A DNA stretch of 60,782 nt, counting the filler, from Diploschistes diacapsis (Eukaryota), in assembly GCA_023645945.1 (NCBI GenBank). It is 8 parts of 8 records of this genome, joined end to end, with 100 filler letters (N's around TTAATTAATTAA, not from the genome) between each part and the next. Parts side by side here need not be neighbours in the genome. Positions count along the whole stretch, not along the records: positions 1 to 27,241 come from JALAIB010000166.1; positions 27,342 to 32,049 come from JALAIB010001665.1; positions 32,150 to 36,857 come from JALAIB010001666.1; 5 more parts are not named here. One strand, given 5' to 3'. Below are positions 23,901-35,277 of this stretch, in pieces; position 1 is the stretch's first letter, and every line of letters starts with the position of its first letter. The translations under genes and the position numbers were made by a program. The notes under the pieces are model-generated. The model was given only the letters and a program-made list of their open reading frames with translations. It searched no databases and was not told the origin of the DNA.

Positions 23901-25622
23901 GACCAAAAATCGCAAGAAGGGACCGGTGCCGATACAACGCCGCCTATCCCACCGCGGCCGTCAAGAAACAAAGCTGTATCTCCTTCCCAAGCCGCTCAGC
24001 CGCCGATTCCGGCACGGCCCCACAGACTCCTCCATCATCACCACCATGCTGCATCCCCACAGGAGCACTCACGTTTGTCAGAAGTCTTCACGGCGCCTTC
24101 AGAGGAGACGAAGGGGTCTCCGCCTACGGACTCTCAGCCTTCCGCATCCAAGGGCCAGGGGCTTTCTCTAACAGAAGGTCAGAAAGCCCCTACCGTACCT
24201 ACCATGCCTCACCGACCGGAACAACACGGTGAATCGCGTGCGTCTAAGGTCGAGCCCTCAAGTCCTGAAGAAGTCGCCGGTGCTACAACCTCTAGCTCTG
24301 TTGTTTCACATTCAACTATCACAAGGCCTCAAGGAGCATCTACTGACTCGATGGCCGATACCGATGTCAGTATGCAGGGTGCTTCAGGCGTATCTTCCTC
24401 TGTTTCCAAACATGATGCTTCGCCTCCGTATGCTGCAGGTGTGACGGTGGGAACTCAGGCCTCAGATGCAGAAAATGCCGGTACTATTGTACATGGCGCT
24501 CTTGACCCTGCTTCTCGAGACCCTACTTCATCGAAGTCGACTACTGCCGTTACGGGAGCTGCCAATGTGCCTGACGTCGCTCGATCTCAAGCTGTTGGCG
24601 TGTCGGGTGCCAACGCTGAATTTGCTGGTATGATAGATCCAAGCCGTGCTGCAGCTACCGGGTTGCCCAGCACAGCCGATATCAAACCAGGGTCAGCTGG
24701 CGTGGAGGTAGGGACCCGTATTACAGGAGATATTCCTGTTTTGTCGGAGGCCGAGGTTCCTGGTTCCACGGATGAGGCAGTATTCCATTCTCCAGCCTCG
24801 AAACACAGGGATGCTGCTTCCTTTGGAATGCCTTCGTCTCTATCGGGAGATATTGGAGCCGATGGAGGTTCCCACGCCTTGAAAGGTGTAGTTTCTCCGC
24901 CTGCTATGAACAAAGTCAAGCCAGCCGTTCCAGCAAGGCCTGGAGGAAGCAAAATTGCGGCGTTACAGGCAGGTTTCATGTCCGATCTCAACAATAGATT
25001 GAAGCTTGGTCCTCAGGTACCTCAGAAACCTACCTCTTCAGCCGAAGAAGAAAAAGTGGAGGAAGACAAGGCCCCTCTCGCAGACGCCCGAAAAGCGCGT
25101 GCCAAAGGACCCGCCAGGCGCAAACCAGCCGGCTCTCCTGGACGAAGCGCCGTATCAGCAGCATCATCTGAGGATACAACAACTGCTTCTGGCGTTGGGC
25201 CAGGAGCTAACGCGCCAAGGCCTACTTCATCCCTTTTGACCACGTTTCAGCCGATCTGTCTGTGGCAAGTTCACAATACTGGCGCCTTCGACACCGTACG
25301 CGCAGATTCCATAGAGAAGGCTCATCATCCTCCAGCTGGCGATGCAAATGCTGTTGGTTCTCTTGATGGAGGTAACGAAGGCATTGCCTCGACACCGCTG
25401 CCCAAACTAGGCAATGAGCCGCCAGTGGGGGAAGCAGATCTTGGATTTTCGACGGAATCGTCGGTACAGACGGGCGAAAACGATATTACGGTCCACCCTT
25501 CTTCGCCAGAACAAAAGAAGCTAAGAGTCACTGAAGGAGGAAATGCGACGACAGGAGAGAACGTCGTGGTTCCACAGGAGGAGGCCGAGGCTGAAGGAAC
25601 TAGGTTAGCCGGAGATACATAG
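20947..25622 (+). CDS. AIM21: Aim21-like actin/capping-protein regulator (3 coding exons)
   Basis: EIGIQVPMYPNAGDVQAPSP, GYGVPILASDE, two RFPSQDIWED repeats, KIAALQAGFMSDLNNRLKLGP and a CPI-like KAPLADARKARAKGPARRKP. Introns at about 21959-22004 and 23280-23796; the second is phase-compatible. Confidence 0.82.
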
Positions 25623-25817
25623 AAAACCGCGACCGCTGGTTTTAGAGTGCATAATCACAACAGCATTATTATGCCAAAAGGAACGTATTCGAACTGGAGT
25701 GGCAACTATGCTTCGCTTGAGGGTGTCGTTTTCCATTACATATAAGAGATTATGCGTTTAGAACTTAGAGTAACCGTTTGCCGGTTCGGTTATAGGTTAA
25801 TATATTCGCTCAGGATA

Positions 25818-26012
25818 ACGTGTTTCACCACTTAACGGATCACACCACAAAGCGGCTCACCACATTGTAATGTAGATGCGCTAGATAGTTTTAAGCGAGC
25901 TTTTGCATAAAATTATTTGTACGAAAGGTGAAAATGTTAAGAAATACATTTTACGAAGGTGCAGGGATTGTGAGCCGCTTTGTGGTGTGATCCGTTAAGT
26001 GGTGAAACACGT
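25818..26012 (-). mobile_element. Fot1/pogo-type MITE, copy 2 (195 bp, inverted, 15-bp internal deletion)
   Basis: Perfect 43-bp TIRs and TA on both sides (25816-17, 26013-14). The interior is the reverse complement of copies 1 and 3, lacking AGCCCCACAACTACA. Confidence 0.95.
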
Positions 26013-26971
26013 TACAGATATCTTAGCATTATGTAAGCAAGCCAGACCTTTCTCGTACAGATTCATCCAGCGTCGACGAATTCTTACCGAAAGGAGAGAA
26101 CAAGACAGTCAAGCAAGACGGTATTTTCAACATAAATATTCCGTAGCTGGTAGCTGGATATATACGAAGACATGTACAATAATCGTTCGGCTATGCATCA
26201 CAGTGTATTTACATGCAATACACATACATCCCGAACGACACCTGTATGTCGTTGCACAGGAAAAGATACCCTGTAGATTATCACACAGTTAAGCCTTCTT
26301 ACGATTTTTTTGGCTTTCTCGCTGCTCAGTTCACTCTTTTTTAGTTTCCTCTAGCAGCAAGTTGTTCGTACTGTAAAACAAGAAGTGGCGGAGAAAAGTT
26401 GAAGTCGCTGCTCTACTTTAACTTGAGACAGAGCAGTGGAAATACCGTTCGTCCCCTACATCTGTGTGGGGGAGGAAATGCCATATGGGGGGGTTATGAG
26501 GCTCCAACCTGGATAGAGACCTTTTGGCCGACCGGCTTGCCTATTCAGGCAGACGGCGCGTTGGAGGGGACGAAATGGGAAAAAGGACCGGATCGGAATG
26601 GTGTTGCTGCTTGGAGAAGCTGTTATGGTTGTTAGGTGGGGCGGCCCAGCTCCTGCTACCGTGAAACTTCTGTCAATATGGAAGACTGAGGGGAGAAAAG
26701 CGCAGCTGATCCTATAATGTGTGTTATGGTATAATAGAGAAGACATGACACCAGTCCGCATTCTTTCATGTACGCGTATGCTGTGTAAAAGCGGGCTTCT
26801 CCCTAAAGCCATATAGTACGAAGGTAGGGCGGTTGTCTTGGCAAAAAAAGTTCACACCTTCGCGCTTCATTTAGCTTCGCCATTTGCATTCTGAACCAAA
26901 CCTCTTTACTCGAGTTCCAAAGCGAGGAGAATTGTTTTAGCCAAAACGCGATTGTATCCGCATTCGCTAGA

Positions 26972-27176
26972 ATGCCGCACATTTCGCTCGTCCAGTCCCT
27001 CGCGCATGCATTTCAGATACCGCTGCAGACCGCCCGGGCGACCATATCGACAGCTGGATACGGCACACAGCGCGTTCCAGCGAGCTCGATGCCGAGAGCA
27101 CGCAAGCTACAATTCAGTACATCTCAACCGCTCGGCGCTCGGAAGAACAAAGGCCCCAAGCCGGACCGCAGGATCA
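26972..27176 (+). CDS. First exon of a mitochondrial protein, probably ribosomal mL40/MRPL28; truncated by contig end
   Basis: Presequence-like N-terminus ending ...QFSTSQPLGARKNKGPKPDRRI, followed by a GTGCGT donor. Resembles the fungal MRPL28 N-terminus from memory only. Confidence 0.5.
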
Positions 27177-27241
27177 GTGCGTTCGCTCCCACTTCTCCCT
27201 TTCTCTCGATGCTCCTCCAAACTACCTCCCTCCCTCCCTTC

Positions 27242-27341
27242 NNNNNNNNNNNNNNNNNNNNNNNNNNNNNNNNNNNNNNNNNNNNTTAATTAATTAANNN
27301 NNNNNNNNNNNNNNNNNNNNNNNNNNNNNNNNNNNNNNNNN
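27242..27341. other. Artificial contig linker N44-TTAATTAATTAA-N44 (also at 32050-32149, 36858-36957, 41656-41755, 46452-46551, 51242-51341, 56020-56119)
   Basis: Identical 100-nt spacer with stop codons in all six frames, repeated seven times. Confidence 0.99.
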
Positions 27342-27480
27342 TAGAGGGCGCCGAGGAGCTCCGAACGCTCGAAGGGCTTCAAACGGCGTTGTGGTGGCAT
27401 AATTAGAAGAATAATAGCAAGAGTTGAATGTTTATTTACTACCGCTTATGGTGGACCTAACTACTTTTGGCCTAGTACTG
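27342..27480 (-). mobile_element. 5' end of a Tc1/impala-like transposon, with TIR and start of transposase ORF; truncated by contig end
   Basis: Minus strand reads TA|CAGTACTAGGCCAAAAGTAGTTAGG..., a Tc1-like CAGT terminus. ATG at 27400 gives MPPQRRLKPFERSELLGAL. A second copy lies at 32379-32636. Confidence 0.85.
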
Positions 27481-27484
27481 TACA

Positions 27485-28060
27485 ATGTCCTTCCTCCAAA
27501 AACCCCGCCTCCTCTTCAGCGGCCGCGCCGCCCAGCTTGGCTTCGGTCTGGGCTTCCTTGTCATTATAGCCTGGTGCAATACGCACCCAGGTCCTTGGAT
27601 CAACATCACCGGTCCCGTCGCTCTTTGTCCTTCCTTCCTCCTTCTACCATTTACTACCTTGCTTCGCATCTTTTCTGGAGCCATCGAGACAGCCCCCCTT
27701 CACAGCGATTTCTCCTCCTCCTGCCCTGGAATCTCCCCAAGCTCATGACTTTGTGCTAAATACTGGCAGTAATTGCCTCTCTCCTCACAATCCTCCTCAC
27801 CATCCCATGGCGTCAGTGCCCACCTCCGCTCCGACCCCTTCACGAAGCACCACGGCCGTGCCTACGCCTTTACCCGCATCATCCTGGATTTCATCCTCAT
27901 CCTCTTCTGGATCGGCACCGTCGCGCTCATGATCCGCCCGCAAGAATGGACGACCGACCCCAACGCCCAGCCCCGGGCATGGAGGAAGGCTTCCGCCAAC
28001 AGTGCCGTGGGCTGTAAGAGAGGTCTTTGCGTTTATTGAGATTGTGGGCTTCTTTATCAC
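27485..28060 (+). pseudogene. Probable disrupted multi-pass membrane protein gene (MARVEL-like)
   Basis: Hydrophobic segments (FSGRAAQLGFGLGFLVIIAW; IASLLTILLTI; RIILDFILILFWIGTVALMI) fall in different frames. There is an apparent +1 frameshift near 27805 and a transposon end just before the ATG. Confidence 0.5.
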
Positions 28061-28269
28061 GGCAGGGCTCGTGCGGCCGCAGAATAGAGGAACAAGTAAG
28101 GGGTCGGCAGGGACCAGTGCTGCTCATGTTTGAGACGGGAAAGAGTGTGATCGGCTGCTATGATATGAAGATAGGATTGAGGATTGCGGATATCATTCTA
28201 AATTTATAGAGAGGCAAAATGTTGGTTTGATTCCAAACCCCTATGCTTGGTACCTCAACGTTCTTATTG

Positions 28270-29632
28270 TCAATAGTCATTTCCTTCAGGCTCCACAAGC
28301 ACGATCTCTGAAATCTGCAAGGCTATGACGCGTGGCTTCCACAATTCCTGCCCACCAGCAAATTTGGTCTTTGCAAATCCGCTATCCGTGCGTGCGCTTT
28401 GGATATCGCATTCTGTGGTGCGAGCAAACCCCCCTCGCGGATGGCAGACTGTCAAGTTCAAGTCTTGTATCGCTTTGTTGATAATGAGAATACGTTCCCT
28501 TGTGATTCTTAGATCCTGGTCCACAAAAATACCCTCGGTGTGGCGCTCACGTTGCTCATTGCCGGGATAGCCGGCGAACGCCCTCACAGAGACTGAGGTC
28601 GTTGGGAGCCCACAACATTTGCCATTTTCGGACAACCCTCCATTTGAGAGTTTGCTGGCGAGGTCCCACGGTATACATAAATAGACCATGTCTGTAGCAG
28701 GAGGACTCTGGATGGCGAGCGAGAAGTTCCTGTCAAGTAGCTTGCGGTCCTAAACTGTGATTAGCATGCTTGCACCACGAGGTTCGGACTATAGACACAA
28801 TTGCTTGATGCAGAGCAGGGTCCCCAAGTACATGGATTGGAGAGTCGAGACAGGAGTTTCCCGTGATCATGAGAGGAAGAAGGGGTATATATTAGATGAT
28901 GAGCATCTGGGGGTGCCTTGACTCTATATACACCGTAGCGTAGTGGGCGTGATCACGCCGTTCTGTCAGAGTACATGGGGCTCATTACACACGTCGACAG
29001 GGAATCAACACCTACATGATCAGACAGCACAAAGCCACGACGTAGTTCGCCAAATTTGTCCGCCTCAGCCTTGACATGGGCCTGGATCATGAGGAGAAGT
29101 TCTTCCGGCAAATGCGGGTTTCTGTGCTTAGCCCGCTCTTCGTTGATGGAACGGAATGCCTGCATGATCGAATACCAGTATTCTAGATAAAGACGTCAGC
29201 TTCAAGGACTTCCATTACTGAAGCAAAACAGACTCACTGTATTTCTGCAACCCGGCCTTCAAAGAATGCAGCGTGATAGCTATGCCAACGAAGATCGCAA
29301 TGGAGGCATGCGCATCCCCTACTACTTCTTCCATGGACGGTGATCCCATCTTATCAGGCGCGAAGTTGAGTAGAGCGAGGTCGACAAAGGCGTGGTTGAA
29401 GATGTCGTCAAATATCGCCTACAGCCCGGTATATTAACGATAAATCTTTGAAAGATGGAGAAACGGGGGGTGAGGGGAAAAGTGCTTTGACATCTACACT
29501 AGCTATATATGACTCAAAGAGTACAAAGAGTATTAAGATTAGGTTAGAGCTCAGACATTGGCTGGCTCCATGGTTACTTATCCACCTATTCACCTGAAGA
29601 GTCCTACACACCTCTTCGACAGACAAACGCAT
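28270..29632 (-). CDS. Multi-exon hypothetical protein (boundaries approximate)
   Basis: Open segments (AIFDDIFNHAFVDLALLNF..., EYWYSIMQAFRSINEERAKHRNPHLPEELLLMIQ..., MVYLCIPWDLASKL...) are separated by GTGAGT/GTAGGT...AG introns. HLPEELLLMI is weakly F-box-like. Confidence 0.45.
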
Positions 29633-31421
29633 ATTACACCAGCTACTTGCCTGGTGGCGGTGCTAATGGACTTCTTCATTCATCCATAGGTATGGCCAAC
29701 AGCCACGGCTACCGAGTTACACACATATGCAAAAGACAACACGTAGTGGAGAAATTCTGATTCCTAGATGGCCAGCTACCTGGTTGACCAAACAACGCCA
29801 AGTCAAGTCGTGACTGATAAATATAAATATCACGGAAAAGGCACGGCAACACGTGACTTGCCTCGCTGTTTTGATACAAAGGGGGTTTGTAACTCATCCG
29901 CGCGCTTCCCAAGCGCGCATCTCCAGATTAGTGTTTATTTTATCTACATCTATCTGCTTTATCTTGTCTATTTTGGTTTTCGGCAAACACAATAACCATG
30001 TCTTCTCTGTTTTGAAGACCTCAATGTAGTTTCTTGATTCCAACATCTACTTTCCCTTCACCCTAGCCTTTCAACGTTTTGCCTATTGAGTCCCCTAAAT
30101 TGTGATGTCCCTTTTCCCTCAATTCCTTGATGCACACAGCTGACTTCATTATTCTTCACACCACCTTCCTAGTCTACATTGTCTTCTATTTTCCTAGATG
30201 AACCTTCCTTAATGTAAAGATTACTGGTAGACTTTCTAACTCTAAGCGCTGGTCATAAAATCGAGGGGCCTTGAGCCATTTCCCTCTCTGCTGTGGAGGT
30301 AAGTAAGTCGGAAAGAGCTGCGAGCCCTGGCCGCAGAAGACGCCACAGAGGAAGCCACAGAGAAAAGTCATAGAGAGACTATTTACTACGCAAAGCTTTC
30401 CAAAGGCCGGAAACATAGTGACTCCGCTGCGGCAAGTAAGGTGAACGCTAAGTCGAAGAATCCCCATATCCTAAAATCTCCAACGCTAGAATATTGAAAG
30501 TGGAATGCATGACTAATACTAGGGGAGATATATAGGAAGAAATAGGTAGCTAGTGCCTCCGAAATAGGCACGCAAGGAGGCGAAGAACAGGGGAACGATG
30601 TTGGGTACTGCATAGGAATTTAATAAGAGTAGGGACTAGAAGGGGGTTAAAGAACAGCAGTGAAAGCACGGCTTGCTTCGCAGGCTGAAAGCGAAGACTA
30701 GTCTTGCTGCAAAGGCTTTGTGCATCCAAGCTGCAACATGAAGTATGAGCAAAGCCCCGCTCCGGAATGACTGACCCCGATGCATCCAAGTTGTGCGGCA
30801 GGAGCAAAACAGCGCCAGGATAAACTCCGCTGCCTGCAGACTATAAACATAGCAAGCAGCCAGACCAAAAATACCTTCGACGCATCTCCAGCACCATCAA
30901 AGCCTGCATACAAAACAACACATGTGAAAGAAGGTGCAAACAGTCCCCAACACCTCCAACCCGCGAAACCCAAAAAGTCCCAGGAGCAAATAAAACAGGT
31001 CCAGATTCCAGAGAGGCTGCGATACAAGCCCTCCACTTCCCACGCTCAAATCAAAGGAGGAGAAGAAAGAACCCCGTGACCCCCCGGCAAAAAACAAAAT
31101 TATTTCTGGCTTGGGAGGAAGAGTTTCCAAATGAGATCCAGAGAGAGCGTTATGGTGCGTCCAAGTATTCAGCAAAAGAAGGATAAGGAGCGATATATAT
31201 ATGCTTCGGGAAGTAATCCGACGGTTAGCATTCCGATCTGACAAGCAAATGGCAGCAAAACAGCCGGCAAAGGAGCGTCGAGATCCTAACTCCACGCCTT
31301 CACTAATAACGTTACGGTGGGACATGTGCATTTAGCTGCTGTCATGAGAACATTAATAAACGCTCTGGGACGCTGGAGGTGTGCCTGTAGCCGTGGGAGA
31401 CATCGGTGGCGGTCTGTCTCG

Positions 31422-31506
31422 GTTTGTTTCAGTTCATTTCATTTCATTTTGTGTTGATTTGATTTGATTTGATTTGTTTCGTCTCGTCTCGTCTCGTTTT
31501 CGTTTC
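31422..31506. repeat. Compound pentanucleotide microsatellite (ATTTC / GATTT / GTCTC)
   Basis: Directly visible runs: atttc atttc, gattt x4, gtctc x3. Confidence 0.8.
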
Positions 31507-32149
31507 CTTCCCTTTCGGCTTGTCAACGGGGTAAAAAGGAATACAGCGCCCTGGTTCCATAAATATACCCATACATACACATACGCACAGATAAAGGGGT
31601 AGAAGCGTGTGCATCACGTTCATATGCAACCGCGCATCTACATGCGCAAGGTTACGGCTATGGAGACTGCGATAATGAGCCGAAAGCCATTGCCGACGGA
31701 TTTGATGGGAGGTGAATCCAGAGGTACTGCCCCTTTCAGTCATTGCCCGTTTCTTGCATCCATTTTTGGATAAAGTACGCAAGTGGAGAGAGAAGAGAGC
31801 GGAGGGTTCTGTGACAATTAAGTTTGTCGTATGAAAGCGAAACGTTGAGAGCCACCGATCCGCTCCTACTCGGTCGAAAGAATCCGCACAGCAGACTACA
31901 ACCCTGGCGTCGAAAAGCGCAGACGCTGTGCTGACCACGTCCTCGCCGAAATTAAACAATGACCAAAGTACGAGAGCAGATAAACGATATCCAGCATCCC
32001 AAACGTCCTCCTCACCAGTCTTCCCCCATTCCCTTCCTTCCTACCTCCCNNNNNNNNNNNNNNNNNNNNNNNNNNNNNNNNNNNNNNNNNNNNTTAATTA
32101 ATTAANNNNNNNNNNNNNNNNNNNNNNNNNNNNNNNNNNNNNNNNNNNN

Positions 32150-32378
32150 ACGTTATTAAAATAATATACGTATATACACGAATATTTTAATATAATATCC
32201 GTGTCCGTATTTTTGTTATATTATAATGTCCGTATTAATATCCGTATTTTAAATTTTTTAATTATAATATCCGTGTCCGTACTTTTATTATAATATAATA
32301 TCCGTATTAATATCCGTGCCGAAAATTTTTTTGCTACGGTGTCCGTATTAATATCCGTGGCACGAAACGGCCAGCCTA
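32150..32378 (-). mobile_element. hAT element terminus (A end) with TAATATCCGTGTCCGT subterminal repeats; truncated by contig start
   Basis: Ends CCGTGGCACGAAACGGCCAGCCTA, the reverse complement of the left end of the mini-element at 34891. Contains multiple ATATCCGT repeats and is strongly TpA-enriched. Confidence 0.85.
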
Positions 32379-32636
32379 TTTTAAACGATAAAGGTCATAT
32401 TATTTATCGTTGCGTTTTAAAGCTTTTACTTTCGTATATTAGATTATAAAATAGAGAATTTTGAGCTTAGGCGGCATCTTTAAGAATATTGCTATTTTAG
32501 AGAGCGCCGAGGAGCTTAGAGCGCTGGAATGGCTTCAAACGGCGTTGAGGAGGCATAATTGTAAGAGTAATAGCAAGAGTTGACTGTTTATTTACTGCCG
32601 CTTATGGTGTACCTAACTACTTTTGGCCTAGTACTG
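32379..32636 (-). mobile_element. RIP-inactivated Tc1/impala-like transposon 5' end, interrupted by the hAT element
   Basis: Same TIR as the 27480 copy, with TA at 32637-38. ORF from 32556 reads MPPQRRLKPFQRSKLLGAL*NSNILKDAA*, with TAA stops consistent with CAA>TAA. Confidence 0.85.
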
Positions 32637-32704
32637 TATCTTACCGCCGATTCCACCCTAACCCCCGATACTTTATTTTAGATCGTGGATATATGCTGAT
32701 GCTA

Positions 32705-32914
32705 ACGTGTTTCACCACTTAACGGATCACACCACAAAGCGGCTCACAATCCCTGCACCTTCGTAAAATGTAATTCATAACATTTTCACCTTTCGTACAA
32801 GTAATTTTATGTGTAGTTGTGGGGCTCAAAAGCTCGCTTAAAACTATCTAGCGCATCTACATCATAATGTGGTGAGCCGCCTTGTGGTGTGATCCGTTAA
32901 GTGATGAAACACGT
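32705..32914 (+). mobile_element. Fot1/pogo-type MITE, copy 3 (full length, 210 bp)
   Basis: 43-bp TIRs with 2 mismatches and TA at 32703-04 and 32915-16. Lies about 270 bp upstream of the YPT7 ATG. Confidence 0.95.
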
Positions 32915-33186
32915 TACATAACGGATGATTTTTATCTAAACATGAGCATGTGTGGTGCCCTGAACATATTCAAAGTATCCTAGGCCACTTCGCATCCGTT
33001 CAAGGCCCGAGGTCCCAATTGTCAGCTCTCACATTTATCATTTAGATACACTCTAAGCACCCTGCCAATCCTTGCCTGCTTCTGTACTTAAGCGCATCTC
33101 GAGTCGGGCTCAATGCGATTCGTTGATTAAGACTTAAGCTGCCTTCGGGTTGTTCGTCAGCCAGGCACTTCATTTACCCCAACAAC

Positions 33187-34050
33187 ATGTCTTCTCGGAA
33201 GAAGGTTCTTCTCAAGGTATGCACTTCTGCCGCTGGTTACAGTTGCTGAGTTCAATTGTCTAGGTCATTATCTTGGGCGACAGTGGAGTTGGTAAAACAA
33301 GTTTAATGAATCAATACGTACGGTGTCTAGTTCGCTATCAGGCCTGATGCTAATTCCCTGTCGATTCAGGTAAATAAAAAGTTTAGTGCAAGCTACAAAG
33401 CAACAATTGGGGCTGATTTCCTGACGAAAGAGGTGCTTATTGATGATAGACTGGTGACTATGCAGGTTTGTGTCCTAACCCATTGACTTGGAGCAATCAG
33501 TACTGAGTTGGCAGCTATGGGACACTGCAGGCCAAGAGCGGTTTCAGTCCTTAGGTGTTGCTTTCTATCGTGGTGCTGATTGCTGTGTTCTGGTTTACGA
33601 TGTCAACAACGCAAAAAGCTTTGAAACACTCGACAGCTGGCGGGACGAATTTCTCATTCAAGCAAGTCCTCGGGATCCCGAAGGATTTCCCTTTGTAAGA
33701 CGTCCATGCTAATGTATGAATTGTGTGGTTTATGCTGTGCTAGGTGGTCCTAGGCAACAAGATTGATGTCGAAGAAAACAGAAGACTGATTTCCTCAAAG
33801 AAGGCAATGACTTTTTGCCAATCTAAAGGGGGCATACCTTATTTTGAAACCAGTGCCAAGGAGGCAATAAACGTCGAGCAAGCCTTTGAAGGTATGACGG
33901 TCCTGATCCTTGCTCAGATTTGTGGCTAATCGAAGTTCAGTAATTGCTCGTAATGCGCTCGCTCAGGAGGAGTCTGAGGAGTTTGCTGGGGACTTTCATG
34001 ATCCAATAGATCTCAATTTAGATCAAGAGCGAGACGGCTGTGCTTGCTAA
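33187..34050 (+). CDS. YPT7: Rab7 GTPase (6 exons)
   Basis: [75 protein letters not shown] and a C-terminal CAC prenylation motif. Confidence 0.98.
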
Positions 34051-34890
34051 ATTATGCCGCAGTCACTTAGATTCGGTTACCTATATTCTTCAAAGCTCGA
34101 AGTTGGTCACCGTTAGATGGCAATCCACGCGTACCTGCAAGCTTTTTGGGGATCGTATTTAAGAACTAACTCTTTGGGCCAGTGCTGCGGTGAGGCTATT
34201 TTATCTAATAAAAAGTCTCAGCATTAAACAATCGACAGAGTTTCGGTTAAGGAAAGTTCCAACCGCGATTAAGTATCGAATGGGTTCAAGCATCATATGG
34301 GAAGCTTTGCATTTGCACTTACATCAAGAATTCTAGTACCTTAGAGGAAGTAATGCTGGTTGGGTGTCTCACAGCTATACGTAGTCCGGCAATTGCTGGC
34401 CCACAGTATCTCTTCTCCTCTTTCCAGCCATATCACTTACACTTATTATTATATATTTTTACGCTGTCAGAGTATTAACCTAAATAGGTTAGTATGATTG
34501 ATTAATCAGTTTTTAATAGGACTTGGAAAGTTGAAGAGGGTTCTGAATTAATATAAACCCTAATAAAAACCATCGAAAATCTTATTAATAATTAAAATTC
34601 TTAGATCTTAGGATAATAAATCTTCAGAACATTAAACATGCTTTAGAATACTGATTGTTTGGCAACGTAATGGATATATTGAAGTCTAGAGATCTTATCT
34701 ATAAGAATATCCTACTGCGCAGACTTTTATATTCCACGGGACCCGCTAAACCTTACTACTCACGCTATTCTTAATTGGTCTAATCAAAATTCCATCGGAT
34801 TCTATAAGGTTTAATGAAACTGAATTAAACTGAACCTCGGTAAGTTCATTAATTGAATTTCCCAGGTTCTTTTAATATACTTCTTAGAAT

Positions 34891-34955
34891 TAGGTTGGCC
34901 GTTTCGTGCCACGGACACTGACACGGCCGTGTCAGTGTCAGTAACGGCCAGCCTA
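34891..34955 (+). mobile_element. 65-bp hAT mini-element with 8-bp TSD CTTAGAAT
   Basis: TIRs TAGGTTGGCCGTT / AACGGCCAGCCTA. CTTAGAAT occurs at both 34883-34890 and 34956-34963. Confidence 0.92.
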
Positions 34956-35024
34956 CTTAGAATAACCCGATCGTATAGCCATGCCTTTCGTCTATTTACT
35001 TAATATTTTCCCACAGACGGAATT

Positions 35025-35196
35025 TGTAACGCCCGCAGTGTGCGCACCGGGGTTCAGGTCCCCCTGCTGCCACAGCCACGCACCTACATATAGTGTAATA
35101 GGGAAACAGTGCTTTCGGGGTTCCTGAAAGCATTGTGTTCAGTCTTTTGACTCAGTGGGATAGCGCTACCTATTAGGCACTACCCCCGCTGTTACG
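35025..35196. mobile_element. Candidate solo LTR (172 bp)
   Basis: TGTAAC...GTTACG ends (one change from the canonical GTTACA), imperfect 5-bp TSD GAATT/TAATT, and a GC-richer block inside AT-rich DNA. Confidence 0.55.
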
Positions 35197-35277
35197 TAAT
35201 TATCTAGCATATTAATTTAATTAAATATCTTTAAATTAGGACCGATTATCTCTAACGAAAACATTATACTTCGAATA

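Noticed and set aside
27286..27297. Recurring TTAATTAATTAA palindrome at about 4.8-kb spacing, superficially a periodic repeat or array
   Set aside because: Synthetic six-frame stop linker embedded in Ns, not a biological repeat.
30300..31079. K/A/E-rich coding-like fragments on the plus strand
   Set aside because: Interrupted by stops, with no recognisable homology; at most a pseudogene relic.
32180..32360. TAATATCCGT repeats resembling a CRISPR-like array
   Set aside because: Irregular spacing, no unique spacers, eukaryotic context, and directly abutting a hAT TIR; these are subterminal repeats.
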